Positions 27,571 to 42,190 are shown, counted from the stretch's first letter. The stretch: 64,000 bases of DNA from Macrostomum hystrix (GCA_950097015.1 CATNEN010000038.1:19034001-19098000); one strand, 5' to 3'. A program made the numbers and translations. The notes: generated by a model not told the origin, from the letters alone.

Positions 27571-28133
27571 AACGATTGTTCACGCTAAAGGATGGTTGTT
27601 TTGGCATTGTTGGCTTTAACAAAAGTACGAGTGGATGTTGTAGTGTTAATCAGCAGTGGCCGATAAAAGTATGCAGGCTTTGAAATAAAGAAACAGTTAG
27701 AATCTAGCGATAAGTGAAAGTAAAACAGTGAAAACTCATGGAATGCTTACACAGGAATCAGTTTGAAAGGACGAAACACCTGGTTGCAGAAACAGCGAAT
27801 AGAACTAGAATAGGACGCCATTGAGGAGTCGGATTAAGGCTAATGTAATTGTGTTTGTGACACAAACCATACTCAACTATTTAACATAATCTAGTGAGTT
27901 TAGCAAAGTCAAGAAAACTTACGTGCGAAAAACAGCAAAAATCAAAGAAAAAAAGCAATTTCTACACAGGAAATAAACACAGATTCCAATAAGCAACAAT
28001 ACGCCCACACAGGAAATGCAAGCAGCTTAAACAAAAAAATCTTCAAAAGAGGAAACAATTAGCTTGAGTCACATTTAAATGAGAGTTTGAGGATCTGTGA
28101 ATAATAAATTGGAAATCCAATATCAAGCTTATA

Positions 28134-31100
28134 TTAGATGGCGGAGTCGCCACTGACGCTATTGCAGTGAGCCTCATCTGGATCATCGCTGGCTGGCACC
28201 TTGCTGTAGCGCAGGTCGCCGCGATGACTGAAAGCTGAAGCGCTCGAACCGGCGGCTCCCCGATTGGCGGAGCCGAGGAATCGCGACTGGCGGTCCAGGC
28301 TGTCATTGAAGCAGTAGCAGCAGCGGCAGCGGATTATCAAAGCTGTGACGACAAGCAGGCAGAGCATCAACACTGCGGACGCATCGGGGTGAGCCAGTGG
28401 TCAAGCTAACTCAAAAGCCTTGTCAATGAGTGAGTGGCAAATTAATAACCTCAAAAGCTTACCAACAATAGTAGCGATAATACCGCCAGCTGGGTATTGC
28501 TTTCTGATGGCGGAGAAATGCTTCGCCTCCTTACTAGCAATGTCCATAGCTGAACTGGAAACTCGCAAACGATCAACCTGGCTAGCGAAGCCATTGGCTG
28601 TTAGTCGAATAGTGTAGACACCAGGCGACAGCAGATAGTAGAATTCGCCATTTCTATCAGTTTTACGACTGTACGGGACGCCGTCAATGCTGACGGTTGC
28701 TAACGGAATCGGAGCACCACTGGACGAGTCGATTAGGCGGCCGCGAACGCCAACTAGAAGCTGCCAGCGAGAACAACGGACAGGAAATTGCCATCAGAGT
28801 CGAGTAAAAAAATAACGCTTTTAGATTGCATCTGACATATTTTTGGCAATACTGTGAGAGATACAATTCAGACTACTGACAACAGTAGAAAAGCAAAGAC
28901 CTGGCTGCAAAACTCTCACATAACACTAAAAAAGTATCGCCATAAAAATGGCAAGCTTAAAAGAGACTTCTGTGCACACTGAGAGTGGTGGGAGAGGACG
29001 GCGTGTGGCTATGGCTGACTGACGAAGGCAAACAAGCCAGAAACCGGTCTCGGTCTGCCAGCGCGAGGTTCGTTCCCCACTTTTAGTGTGTTACAAATAC
29101 TAACGGATTGCAGCGAATTCAGGTTATAATCAAATGATTTAGGTAAGAATTTAACTTGTGATGATAAGAAACAAACTAATAAACACATAAGCAAATTAAT
29201 TTTTTTTAAATATGAAAAACGGATAAGAGCAAAAAGGAATAAAAACTATTAATATAAGTACACACAGATTGAAATAAGAAACAACGGATTATGAAAAGAA
29301 CAAACGGATTAAGAAAAGAACAAACGGATTAAGAAAAGAACAAACGGATTATGAAAAGAACAAACGGATTATGAAAAGAACAAACGGATTATGAAAAGAA
29401 CAAACGGATTAAGAAAAGAACAAACGGATTAAGAAAAGAACAAACGGATGAGGAGAAAAGAACAAACGGATTAAGAAAAGAACAAACGGATTATGAAAAG
29501 AACAAACGGATTAATAAAAAAAACAAACGGATTATGAAAAGAACAAACGGATTAATAAAAGAACAAATGGAATTAGATTAAAACAAACGGATTAAGAAAA
29601 GAAGAAACGGATTAAGATAAGAAGAAACAGATTAAGAAAAGAAGAAACGGATTTAGATAAGAAGAAACGGATTTATATAAGAACAAACGGATTAAGAAAA
29701 GAACAAACGGATTATGAAAAGAACAAACGGATTAAGAAAAGAACAAACGGATTATGAAAAGAACAAACGGATTATGAAAAGAACAAACGGATTAAGAAAA
29801 GAACAAACGGATTATGAAAAGAACAAACGGATTAAGAAAAGAACAAACGGATTATGAAAAGAACAAACGGATTTATATAAGAACAAACGGATTAAGAAAA
29901 GAACAAACGGATTATGAAAAGAACAAACGGATTATGAAAAGAACAAACGGATTAATAAAAGAACAAACAGATTTAGATAAGAACAAACGGATTAAGAGGG
30001 GGGTCGGTGGCAGAGCGGTTACCGCGTTTGCCACTCGCACCACAGTCCCTAAGTTCGATTCCACGGCGAGGCCACATTCATTTGGGGCGCAGCCGCGGAG
30101 AGAAGGCTTGGGGGCTTGTCGTGCAATTTACGCCCTTGAGGGCCAACCTCCAAGGCACAGGGAAAGTGTACACTGCCTGACGATGAGAAAGTCAGGGCAG
30201 ATGTACACACCTGTGTGAGCGTATGCCTGCGTACAGTATCTGTGTGTGTGTGCTCAGGAGTCAGCGAAATGGGCAGAATTGCCTCCTCGCTGGCTGCGGG
30301 TCTAGTGTCACCAAATTATGTGTCATTGCCCGCAGCCCTCCTGCAATTATTATTATTATTATTATTAACGGATTAAAAAAACGGATTAAGAAAAAAACAA
30401 ACGGATTAAGAAAAGATAAGAACAAACGGATTAAGAAAAATTCGAACGGGTTTATAAAAAATTAACGGATTAATAAAAGAACAAATGGATTTAGATAAGA
30501 ATAAACGGATTTAGATAAGAACAAACGGATTTAGATAAGAACAAACGGATTTAGATAAGAACAAACGGATTAAATAAAAAACCGAACGGATTAAGGCAAG
30601 CGCTCACAGCGGCAGAGAGGGCATGCAGCAGAGCATCAGTGTTGGCTGCCCAGGCGCTGGCAGCTCGGCTTTGCTGCTGGGCGCAGCACTGCGGGGTGGC
30701 CGCGGCCAGCTGAAAATCCAGCGCGCTCTCACTCAGCCTGGCCGCTCCGAGGCAGCGCAGGATGGGCGCCGATTCGGTGGCGCAGGCGGCTCTCGGCTTC
30801 AATGTAGGAGGCCCGGAGCCAGACAGACGATGACAGCGTTCTACAGAGTGTCTACGGCTGTCCACAGGCGGAGCGCGGGCGTCGGCAACGGCGGCGGCAG
30901 TTGAAGCCGCCGGACCGGCTGGAACAATGCCAATACGAAGGTCGTCGTTGGCATTATCCGGATCAGCCACATCAAAGACAGCCGCCGATGCTGCCAGTGT
31001 GGAATTATTGCACAGAGAGGCGGTTGGCAGGCCAGTCAGCAGCAGGCGAAGTCGATGAACACCGACAGCTAGCCGGGCGAGGCGAAAGTCGCCCGCAGGG

Positions 31101-34100
31101 TCGGGACGGCACAATTGCAAGGCCAGGCCCAGCAGAAGCTGATGGTGAGATCGGGTGGCGAGAGTGGCACTGGGTCGGGACACGCCGCCATCAGAAGCGG
31201 AGTTGCCAAACAAGTCCAGACGAATGCGAGTTGAATCTGACGAGCTAAGAAAATGGTGTAATCGTATGTGAGATGCTTGAGAAGCTGAATCTATACAATC
31301 CTACTAACAGTAGCACAATATGAAAACTATAACAGCAGAACTACCAAGGGGGAATTCCCCCCCACAGACAATTTTTGCTGCACCCGATCGGAGCAACGCA
31401 AGCACACGAAACTCAAGAACTCGCGCCAACTTTTTGTCGCGCATCTTCTGAAATAAGAATCAAGTCGCCAGCTCTTCAGACCATGGAGATATTCAACGTT
31501 CTGGTCGGACTTTTCCATAAGTGCTAGTGTACGTCATGCAACCTTATACACAAATTAGCACTGCGCCTCAGTGCGGCCTTGCCAGGCCTTCAAAATTCAT
31601 CAGCACGTCACCCGAATGTGCCTGCATCATCTCCGTCTTCGGCGGTCAAATACCTTTATCTAGACGGACTACTGGACCTTCAGGGGCTACAACAGGTGGA
31701 AATAGGCCACTATGGACACCCTGACGCGAATTTCTTCGATTTCGCTAATCAAGCCTAAATATTAGGCGCAGCTCAACCGCAGGACACCATCGCCTAGTCT
31801 GTCAACCAATCAGTCACCACCCAACGCTGTTCAGTCCATGGACTGGGAAGGGGACGCCACACCCAACCATTTATCCCCGCGGCTAATGCTGTTACCCAAT
31901 CGACTGCTGGATGAACTGAAGCAACGCAGAGTTAAGTGTCTTGCTAAAGGACACAAATTGTTCCAGTAGAGCCAGGAATCGAACCCCCGACCTTCAAGTT
32001 GAGTCCGACAATTTAACTACCAGGCTTAGAGGCAGATTGAAATACAATCCAGCAAATATGTAACTTACACATCGAATTCAGTTCGCAAAGAGCAATTCCT
32101 ATGGTTGAAAAGTGCATCTAGCCTATGCAGAACATCTGAACGACTTCGGGCTGTTAATAAACCAGCTAGTTGAGCTTCGGTTGTGGCATCTAATAAGGCC
32201 GCCAGACCGCCGCGTTGCAACCGGAACTCCAGTCTGATTGGCGCAATTGCACCGTTTGAAACGGTGGACAGCGTTGAACAGGCGTAGCCTTTGGCGCAAG
32301 CTGTCATCACAGAGGCGTAACTGGAGCGGTCAACGGCTAAGCAAAATTCTCCTTTATTTGTTTGCCAAGCGGCTGGTAAAACCAATCGACTAGTTGAAAT
32401 TCGATCAAGGCCGAGCCAAAGACTGGCGCCGTTGGATTTCTCCGCCAAGGAGATTGGCAAACCGGTGCCGGCGTCAACAATGCGACCGCAGGCCACTGCG
32501 AAATTTGCGATGGTTCAGTTAATTGTGAGTTAATTTGGGTTTGACTCATAAATTATTAGATTCAAGGATTATAAGGATCACAAGGATTATTTATGACTTA
32601 TACGGTCACTCTTTGTAGACTCATTGAGTCACTCTTTGTGGACTCATTCAGTCAGTCTTTGTAGACTCATTCAGTCACTCTTTGTAGACTCATTCAGTCA
32701 CTCTGTGTAGACTCATTCAGTCACTCTTTGTAGACTCATTCAGTCACTCTGTGTAGACTCATTCAGTCACTCTTTGTAGACTCATTCAGTCACTCTTTGT
32801 AGACTCATTCAGTCAGTCTTTGTAGACTCATTCAGTCACTCTTTGTAGACTCATTCAGTCACTCTGTGTAGACTCATTCAGTCACTCTTTGTAGACTCAT
32901 TCAGTCACTCTTTGTAGACTCATTCAGTCACTCTTTGTAGACTCATTCAGCCACTCTTTGTAGACTCATTCAGTCACTCTTTGTAGACTCATTCATCCAT
33001 TCACAGACGACAATACGACTTGTCGGCTTGCAGATAATTTTTTTAACATTTTTGACACATTTATTACATATTTGATTGACAATGATTAATTTTTAGTACG
33101 ATCATTCGAGCTAGAATAAAATCAGTTATTGGAGACATTAATGACGCAATGCTTTAACAAATTGTTCATGCTGGTTACTGGGAGTTTTAGCTCTTTAGGA
33201 TTTTTCTTTGAAGCTGAACATTTCTATAGCTTGATTCCGATGCAGCGAATGAACAATAATATTCAAAGCGAGGTATCAATCACCAAGAATACTAAGAAAT
33301 TAAATAGATCTTACGTTTCACGAAAAAAAGCAAATCTGATTACATACTCGCGCATATTGAAGCATTAGAATTGTTGGAAAACACGAGCTTATTACACTGT
33401 ACAGGATGCATCCAAGACAGAATAAAGAAATTCAATAATGCACCACAGATTTCAACAATGAACACAACCATGCCCACAGAGATTGATAAAACCTTATACT
33501 CTATTGATTATAAATCAAACACTGGAAAGGCAAGCAAATAATGTTTTGTAATGCTGACATGCTGCATACAAAGAAAGCTATGTTTATGCAGTGAAGACGC
33601 TAAAAGCATTTAAATCCCACAACGACGTTCACGAGCTCGATTCCACGGCGAGGCTACATTTATTCGGGGCGCAGCAGCGGAGAGAAGGCTTATAGGGGCT
33701 GGTCTCGCAATTCACTCCTTTAAGAGCCAACCTCAAAGGCAGAGTGTACACTGCCTGACGAGTGCGTGGGGCTGTATCAATCTACATTCTACTACTGGAT
33801 TCTACAATCTCAGGAAAAGATTAATGGATCTACAAAGAAATTAGCGTTTAAGCCAACATGATAGTTAAATTAGTTTAAAGTCTTAACAATTGTATTGTCC
33901 CCATCGAAAAAAAGTTTTGCATTGAATCAGAACAAGAACGGCGAAAAGTTAAGGCACATAAAGTAGCAAATTAGATGAAATAGCAATGTAAAGTTATACT
34001 GAAGTATATTATAGTCACAAAAATAGACGAATAACAGATTGCACACTACTTGAAGAGAAAGGAAATCTAGGAAAATGTTAAAACAACTAAAAACTGTGGT

Positions 34101-37100
34101 GAGGCCACAGGTAAAAAAACTGGAGTCTGGACATTGCGAATTTGGACTAGTACACATTCAACAGCTGGGCGAATTGAATTTATTTACTGCTAACTGTTAA
34201 GTGATTTGCAAAAGGAATCGAACCCTTGACCTCCAAGGTCGCGAGTCCGACGCTACAACGCCTAGTTTTGAATGTTGAACTACACCATTTTAGATGTTTA
34301 ATTGTTAATTACGCCCACCACAGTTCATTTAACAACTAGCAAAGTAGGGAAATAAAAATGACTAGATAGCAGATTAGCATTAATAGAAATAGTGCTGAGA
34401 GAATTCAAGGTTCAGTGTGTAAAAAAGAAATAATAAAATAATCAAGAGGCAAGCTGAGGCAATAAAAAGTAAAGCTAAAAACCAGATACCATTTATAATC
34501 GTAGAAGCGCACACAGACTGGACTTGACCGATAAACAGTCAAAACAGAATTACTGCATATATGAATGAAAAATTTTCTACCAAGCAAAAAATCCGATTTC
34601 ACAAACAGGAATGAAGATGGCCGAAGCAGTTTTTATAAGCATTTATTGCACCAACCCAATTAACACTGCTTGGACAGTTAATAAACACAAGCTAAGAAAG
34701 CAAAACAATAGCACATGGAGTAGAAACAATGTATGCGACTGCTACCACTGCTAGTATATTTGTTGGACTTTTGAATATCGTCATAATAAGTGTTTTTAGC
34801 TTCATTATTAGCGCCAGAATTTTCTAGCTTATTACCGTATCGACTGTAGAATGCCGACATGGTGCTAACCAGAGCGGCCTGATGGTCCCGATACAGATAG
34901 GGCAGCCAGGCAGCAGCTGGTGTCAGGCAGGCGTTCACGCGTATGACCATCTGGAATCAGTAGGCACTCCTGCTAGACCAAGTCTGTACCGGTTCGACTG
35001 GGCCTCTACCAGGTCGACTAACTATCTACCTGTTAGACTGGGTATCTACCTGTTAGACTAGGTATCTACCTGTTCGACTGGGTATCTACCTGTTCGACTG
35101 GGTATCTACCTGTTAGACTGGGTATCTACCTGTTCGACTGGGTATCTACGTGTTAGACTGGGTCTCTACCTATTAGACTGGGTATCTAACTGTTCGACTG
35201 GGTCTCTACCTGTTCGACTGGGTATCTACCTGTTAGACTGGGTATCTACCTGTTCGACTGGGTATCTACCTGTTCGACTGGGTATCTACCTGTTAGACTG
35301 GGTCTCTACCTATTAGACTGGGTATCTACGTGTTAGACTGGGTCTCTACCTATTAGACTGGGTATCTACAATCTACCTGTTCGACTGGGTCTCTACATGT
35401 TAGACTGGGTCTCTACCTGTTAGACTGGGTCTCTACCTGTTAGACTGGGCCTCTACCTGGTCGACTGGGTATCTACCTGTTCGACTGGGTCTCTACCTGT
35501 TAGACTGGGTATCTACCTGTTAGACTGGGCCTCTACCTGGTCGACTGGGTATCTACCTGTTAGACTGGGTATCTACCTGTTAGACTGGGTATCTACCTGT
35601 TAGACTGGGTATCTACCTGTTAGACTGGGTATCTACCTGTTAGACTGGGTATCTACCTGTTAGACTGGGTATCTACCTGTTAGACTGGGTATCTACCTGT
35701 TAGACTGGGTATCTACCTGTTAGACTGGGTCTCTACATATTTAACATATTAGACCTTTTAGACAGATCTAGGTCTCAAAGCTTGGTCTTCAAGCCTAATT
35801 TTGCAAGCATAATACGCCATAGCTCACCGAGGCAGCGCCAAGCCGGTGCTGAAAGTAGTTCAACAGTCGCAGCTCAGCATTGTCGACGCCGCCGCCGCTG
35901 ACAACGCCGCCGGCGACTCGATCGAAATTTCTAGCCACGCTGCCGCCAACGCGAGCAGACGGCGGCGACGAAGAGAGTAGTATCGAGGACAGGTAGAGTC
36001 GACTCAAATTTTCAGTAACCTCAATACCATTAGCCCTAGCTGTTAGTACCGGCGAATTGGATGAGTCATTGGTGGCGGCTAGCCTAATTTGAGCAGCATC
36101 ACCTGTGGTACCAGTGCGCAGTGCCATAAACAGAACCGGTTGACTACTGGCTTGTACTCTCATGACGGAGAGCAGTGATTCAACAGCTGATTGTGAGGCT
36201 GCTCCAATGCTGTCAGATTGAGCACTACAAATCGGAGTTGTTGATAGATTACTACTACTAGAAGCAGTATTGGCTGAGTCTATTAGAACTGGTGCAATGA
36301 TAATGCGCAGATTGTCTAGTAGAGTACGCAGCTCCATTGATTGGTTGTAGCCTGCGAGAATGGCAAAATTAGGTAGAGTAGATTGTTAGAAGTGAGTATA
36401 ATAAAATTTTAGGCAAGAGCACAATTGTCAGTTAGACATGAGCACAATAACCAGTTAGACATGAGCACAATAACCAGTTAGACATGAGCACAATAACCAG
36501 TTAGACATGAGCACAATAACCAGTTAGACATGAGCAAAATTGTCAGTTAGATATGAGCACAATAGCCAGTTAGACATGAGTACAATAGCCAGTTAGACAT
36601 GAGCACAATAACCAGTTAGACATGAGCACAATAACCAGTTAGACATGAGCAAAATTGTCAGTTAGATATGAGCACAATAGCCAGTTAGACATGAGCACAA
36701 TAACCAGTTAGACATGAGCACAATAATAAGTTAGACATGAGTACAATAGCCAGTTAGACATGAACACAATTTTCAGTTAGACATGAGCACAATTTTCAGT
36801 TAGACATGAGCACAATTGTCAGTTAAACATGAGCACAATAACCAGTTAGACATGAGCACAATTGTCAGTTAAACATGAGCACAATAACCAGTTAGACATG
36901 AGCAAAATTGTCAGTTAAACATGAGCACAATAACCAGTTAGACATGAGCACAATAGCCAGTTAGACATGAGCACAATAACCAGTTAGACATGAGCACAAT
37001 AGCCAGTTGGACATGAGCACAATAGCCAGTTAGACATGAGCACAATAACCAGTTAGACATGTGCACAATAGCCAGTTAGACACATGAGCACAATAACGAG

Positions 37101-40100
37101 TTACATATGAGCACAATAGTTGGCTAGACTCACCAACAAGCAGATGTCTGGCCAGTCGCAGCAGTAATTCGCCAGTGGCACTCTCCCACCTGCTCAGTGT
37201 GCCAACTAGCAGAGCAGTTGGCAATCTGGCAATACTTTCAGCACTAGCCAGCTGACCGCAGATGGTGAGGGCCGTTATTGCAGAATTGTTAAAACGGTTA
37301 GCAATCGCCAGATTGGGAAATTTGACCGCCAGATCCGTGGCCAGTCGTTGAAAATCGGCCGGACTAGCCAGATACTTGGTTGCTAGGTTGGCTTCTATAT
37401 TGAAGTCGCGCTGGATGGACCAGTCGGTTATGGGGCGCCAAATTAGGGTGGCGTTCAGCTCAACAGCTGGACCGTCTGTCACTGTTACATTAGCGGAGAC
37501 AGATGAGTACCTGCAATGTAGGAATAGGATTAGTGATGACTGATGACCCCCATAGACACTCACTGATGACCCATAGACACTCACTGATGACCCCCATAGA
37601 CACTCACTAATGACCCCCATAGACACTCACTGAGAACCCCAATAGACACTCACTGAGGACCACCATAGACACTCACTGTTGACCCCCTAGACCCACTGAT
37701 GACACCCATAGACAATCACTGATGACACCCATAGACAATCACCGATGACACCCATAGACAATCACCGATGACACCCATAGACAATTACCGATGACACCCA
37801 TAGACAATCACTGATGACACTCATAGACAACACTGATGACACTCATAGAAAATCATTGATGGCCCCCTATACTTGCTGAATGATGATCCTATTAGGGACT
37901 CACTGATACACACAGTGAGTGTATCACTCTATACTCACCCGGGTTTCCTAAACGTTAGTCGATAGTCGCCGGGCGCCAACAGACGCCAGTAATCACCATC
38001 AGCAGCCGTCACCAGATTGTGATTCACGCCTTCAACTATGATGCTGGCGCCAGCAAGCGGTGCGCCAAAGCTGTCCATAACAAAGCCTTTAACACCCTTG
38101 TGTACAGAGGACATAAACACTAATAAAGGATAGAAATTCTCCGACCAATACCTAGGAAGGCTATCCGGCATAGGATGCTTAACACAGCTCAACTCTAGGG
38201 TTAGCTCGAAGCAATTACTATTGAGATAATTGTAGTCTTGCATGCCGCCATAGAGACTGTACCATTGCGCTCCATTGGTGATGCCGTCAGTGAAATGCTC
38301 ATCGAAACCGATGTCTGGACAACTGTGCTGGCTAGTCATTCGAGGATGACTGGACGAGTAGGCTTTAGCCAGGTAGCGAAATGTGGCATCGTCTGGCGAT
38401 CTAAACATTATCAGACACAAACAGTTTTATCTTTAGCTAGTGGTGCCAAATTAAGGCGACAACATCCGGTTTTTACTACTAACCAGCTGTGTGAGTAGCA
38501 GTATGCTAATATTAAATCTAAATAGCCATTCAAACTAACCTGGAGTAGGTGTTAGAACCATCGGGGCTGCCATCGAACGGATAATTGACAACTACGGCAC
38601 CGCCGTGCAAATTGGCGCTAAGAACAAACGGCCACCTGAGTAGTTTAACACAAAATTTGTAGATTTAAAAAACGAATTATTACTGACCGAAGTGGAACAG
38701 ACGAGCTACCAAGGGGAATCCCCCTGACCATTTTTGTACTGCACCCGATCGGAGCAACGCAAGCACACAAAACTCAAGAACACGGGCCAACTTTTTGTTG
38801 CGCATCTTCAGAGTTTTCTCATAAGCGATAGGGTATTTCATACACCCCTATACACGAATTAGCACCGCGACTCGATGGAGGCACATTAGGGTGACATGCT
38901 GATAAATTTTGAAGGCCTGGCAAGTCTGCACTATCTCTGTCTTCGGTGGTCACCTACCTTTATCTAGACGGACTGCTTGACCTTCAGGGGCTACAACAGG
39001 TGGAAATAGGCCACTATGGACACCCTATGGCAGCTCAACCGCAGGACACCATCGCCTAGTCTGTCCACCACGTAACGCTGTTAGCGTTCAGAAACTGTCA
39101 AAAAATTCTGGCGGAGGTGGGAAATCCTCCCTTGGTATAAAACAGGCGGCAAAATGGCTTGGCAGTCCTACTATTAAGTACACAAATGGTTTCCTCGGGA
39201 CAGAAATTTCGGAATTCTAAACCACTAGACACTGGGTCAATAATTTGGCAATTAACCTGGCAATCCAAGCTCGCACAGCGGTAGTCTCCGGTTGCTCCGG
39301 CGTTTTCTGGCTTCGAAATTGATCGGGAAAATTGCGATTTAAATCGATATCATAGGCATTGCCTCGGCCAATAACTCCGTCGGCTACCCCTAATCTAGAA
39401 TTCTCATAGCCGTCCGGATTCAGGCTGGGCAGAATGTGTATCCGGGTGCTGCTAATCAGGTCGGTGATGAATGGTGTTCGACCGTAGTTGCGGCACAGAA
39501 AATCGGCTAAATAGAGCAGCACTTCGCGACTGACCACCTCATTGCCGTGCATATTGCCGATGTATTTGAACTCGGGAACGCCTGAACACGGGCAAAGCAA
39601 ATGTAATTCGATTACAATATTTTTTCAGCTAGGCATTGCCTAAATATCAAGAAGATTCTAAGCGAGGGATAGCCTAAACATTGGGAAGATTCTAGGCGAG
39701 GGATAGCCTAAACATTGGGAAGATTCTAGGCGAGGGATAGCCTAAACATTGGGAAGATTCTAGGCGAGGGATAGCCTAAACATTGGGAAGATTCTAGGCG
39801 AGGGATAGCCTAAACATTGGGAAGATTCTAGGCGAGGGATAGCCTAAACATTGGGAAGATTCTAGGCGAGGGATAGCCTAAACATTGGGAAGATTCTAGG
39901 CGAGGGATAGCCTAAACATTGGGAAGATTCTAGGCGAGGGATAGCCTAAACATTGGGAAGATTCTAGGCGAGGGATAGCCTAAACATTGGGAAGATTCTA
40001 GGCGAGGGATAGCCTAAACATTGGGAAGATTCTAGGCGAGGGATAGCCTAAACATTGGGAAGATTCTAGGCGAGGGATAGCCTAAACATTGGGAAGATTC

Positions 40101-41399
40101 TCAGCCAGGGATTTCCAAGTGAGCGAGTCATTTGAAAAGAAATCATTTTTTTACAAATCGGTTCAATCTCACCTGGCCGATGAGAACCGGGCAATCGGCC
40201 AGCAAATTCAATAACCCAAAGCTGTTTGTTCTGCACCGATCGTCCAATAGAATAGAGTCTGGTCACATTTGGACAAGCTGCGTGGATTTTCCGCAAGTAG
40301 TTTGTTAGAGCGTCGTAGTGGTGATGTCTGAGGTGTTTGAGATGAAATTCAAGCGTGAAAACAAATTACTATTATACTACTCATCCCTGTTCAACTGGTC
40401 ATTCCTGTTGACCTAAAACATCTGACTTACACAAGAGACTCGCTTGGAACAGCAATGTACTGCTTAAAAACATTTCGTCCTCGATCAGCCAGCATTCGAT
40501 TTGCGAAGCTAACAATGCGGTCTATTGGCGAGGTCTTGCTGATTGGATATTGGTCACCTGACCTGAAATGGTTATCAGTTCGATAATATGATAAAATCAT
40601 CAAGATAAGATTAGGACTATGCTGAAGAGAACTGTCACACTCACTCGCTACTTCTTTTCAGTCTCAGCTTGTCACTGGTGGTCGGCCCAACAGCGGCGGT
40701 GGACCAGCCCCACTCTTCAAAGATAAGTCCGCCTCGAGCTAAATCATCGTTAGTCAAATTTAATTTGAACTGCGATCGCAAATGATTTGTCAAATTAAAC
40801 TTTCGATGCTGAAAACCGCGCGAAAGTTTTAAAGTCTGACTAGTAGCTTGGTAGGCGCCGCAATTGTCTATGGTAAAAATAGCATCAACTGGACAGTTAC
40901 TAGCTGACAGGAAGTTGGACAATCTATCCACAGAATCAAGGCTGTTAACATTATCGCAAACTAGAATTCTGCAAACTCGTTTAGGCTTGAACATATTCGA
41001 ACCATGGACCTCGGTCATGAATAATTGGCTCAATGAATCAATAACTGATTGAGTAGCATCGTGAGATTCTTCAGCTGAAGGCAAAATAAACTCTGCAACA
41101 ATGCCTGTCAATGGCGTCTGGATACTGTTGGCTTCGCTCAGGTCAATTAGTTGCTTAGCAACCGAATTCCATTCCAAACCAGTTGGCGATGCGTAGGTTA
41201 ATAAAAGCCTGGGCTGATGACCGCTCACTGACGATAACTTGTAGACGCTAGTGTTGCCAATGTGCCTAATTTTCAAGCTTAATCCATTGCATCCATTATT
41301 CAATAGCAGCAACAGAAGCAGCAGCAGAAATCTGTATCCTCTTGTGCAGCCATGATTACAACTTAAAACAAAACTATTAGAACACATTAAGAGTCTCAT
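28134..41399 (-). CDS. CPD: Carboxypeptidase D-like (M14B metallocarboxypeptidase) type-I membrane protein
   Basis: Exons at approximately 41399-40645, 40562-40430, 40327-40173, 39581-39257, 38635-38540, 38400-37939, 37510-37133, 36351-35815, ~34950-34860, ~32495-32068, ~31245-30605, ~28770-28442, ~28374-28134. One domain has all catalytic motifs ([56 protein letters not shown]) followed by a transthyretin-like domain ([18 protein letters not shown]). Hydrophobic N-terminus; C-terminal TM plus cytosolic tail. Downstream exon boundaries are approximate. Confidence 0.85.
29280..30595. repeat. 20-bp minisatellite (aaacggattaagaaaagaac) interrupted by a SINE
   Basis: Tandem units on both sides of 30000-30366. 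Confidence 0.93.
30000..30366 (+). mobile_element. tRNA-derived SINE, family 2 (full length)
   Basis: A-box GTGGCAGAGCGG, B-box GTTCGATTCC, (ATT)n tail; four copies in the window. Confidence 0.85.
31342..31812. mobile_element. MITE copy (3'-truncated), homologous to 38707-39137
   Basis: Starts with TACCAAGGGGGAATTCCCC and shares long internal blocks with the 38.7-kb copy; followed by a family-1 SINE. Confidence 0.7.
31826..32030 (-). mobile_element. tRNA-derived SINE, family 1
   Basis: Reverse-complement homologue of 1408-1683 (GGAATCGAACC, CAGTCCATGGACTG). Confidence 0.75.
32600..33000. repeat. 24-bp minisatellite (cactctttgtagactcattcagt)
   Basis: Tandem units. Confidence 0.95.
33620..33760 (+). 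mobile_element. SINE family 2 fragment
   Basis: GAGCTCGATTCCACGGCGAGGCTACATT...GTGTACACTGCCTGACG homologous to the 30000 copy. Confidence 0.7.
34990..35740. repeat. 20-bp minisatellite (tctacctgttagactgggta)
   Basis: Tandem units. Confidence 0.95.
36418..37110. repeat. 24-bp minisatellite (cagttagacatgagcacaataac)
   Basis: Tandem units. Confidence 0.95.
37535..37860. repeat. ~24-bp degenerate minisatellite (cactgatgacccccatagacact)
   Basis: Tandem units. Confidence 0.88.
38707..39137. mobile_element. MITE with TACCAAGGG...CCCTTGGTA termini (possible TA TSD)
   Basis: Imperfect TIRs TACCAAGGGGAATCCCCC / GGGAAATCCTCCCTTGGTA; second copy at 31342. Confidence 0.7.
39640..40100. repeat. Near-perfect ~35-bp minisatellite (gcctaaacattgggaagattctaggcgagggata)
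   Basis: About 12 near-identical units. Confidence 0.95.
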
Positions 41400-41584
41400 C
41401 AGATGCCGATGTCAAACAGCTTTCGTGGTATTTTTACGTTAAGTTGAGGTAAAACAGCGATGGAATGTATAATTTTATTGTAGGCTGAAATACAGAGCAG
41501 AACCAGGTGTCAAAGATTTTATAACGGAAAAACTTCATTCACCAAAGCAAACAGCTAGTACAAATACAAAAATACGACACACTA

Positions 41585-42190
41585 AATCTACTCTCCCAAA
41601 CTATCAGGCTGGCACATCTACTCTCCCAAACTATCAGACTGGCACAACTACTCTCCCAAACTATCAGACTGGCACATCTACTCTCCCAGTGCATCAGACT
41701 GCACATCTACTCTCCCAGTGCATCAGACTGGCACATCTACTCTCCCAGTGCATCAGACTGGCACATCTACTCTCCCAGTGCATCAGACTGGCACATCTAC
41801 TCTCCCAGTGCATCAGACTGGCACATCTACTCTCCCAGTGCATCAGACTGGCACATCTACTCTCCCAGTGCATCAGACTGGCACATCTACTCTCCCAAAC
41901 TATCAGACTGGCACATCTACTCTCCCAGTGCATCAGACTGCACATCTACTCTCCCAAGCTATCAGACTGCACATCTACTCTCCCAAACTATCAGACTGCC
42001 ATCTACTCTCCCAAACTATCAGACTGGCACATCTACTCTCCCAAACAATCAGACTGCACATCTACTCTCCCAAACTATCAGACTGCACATCTACTCTCCC
42101 AAACTATCAGACCGGCACATCTACTCTCCCAAACTATCAGACTGGCACATCTACTCTCCCAAACTATCAGACTGGCACATCTACTCTCCA
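41585..42190. repeat. 30-bp minisatellite (cacatctactctcccaaactatcagactgg)
   Basis: Tandem units. Confidence 0.95.
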
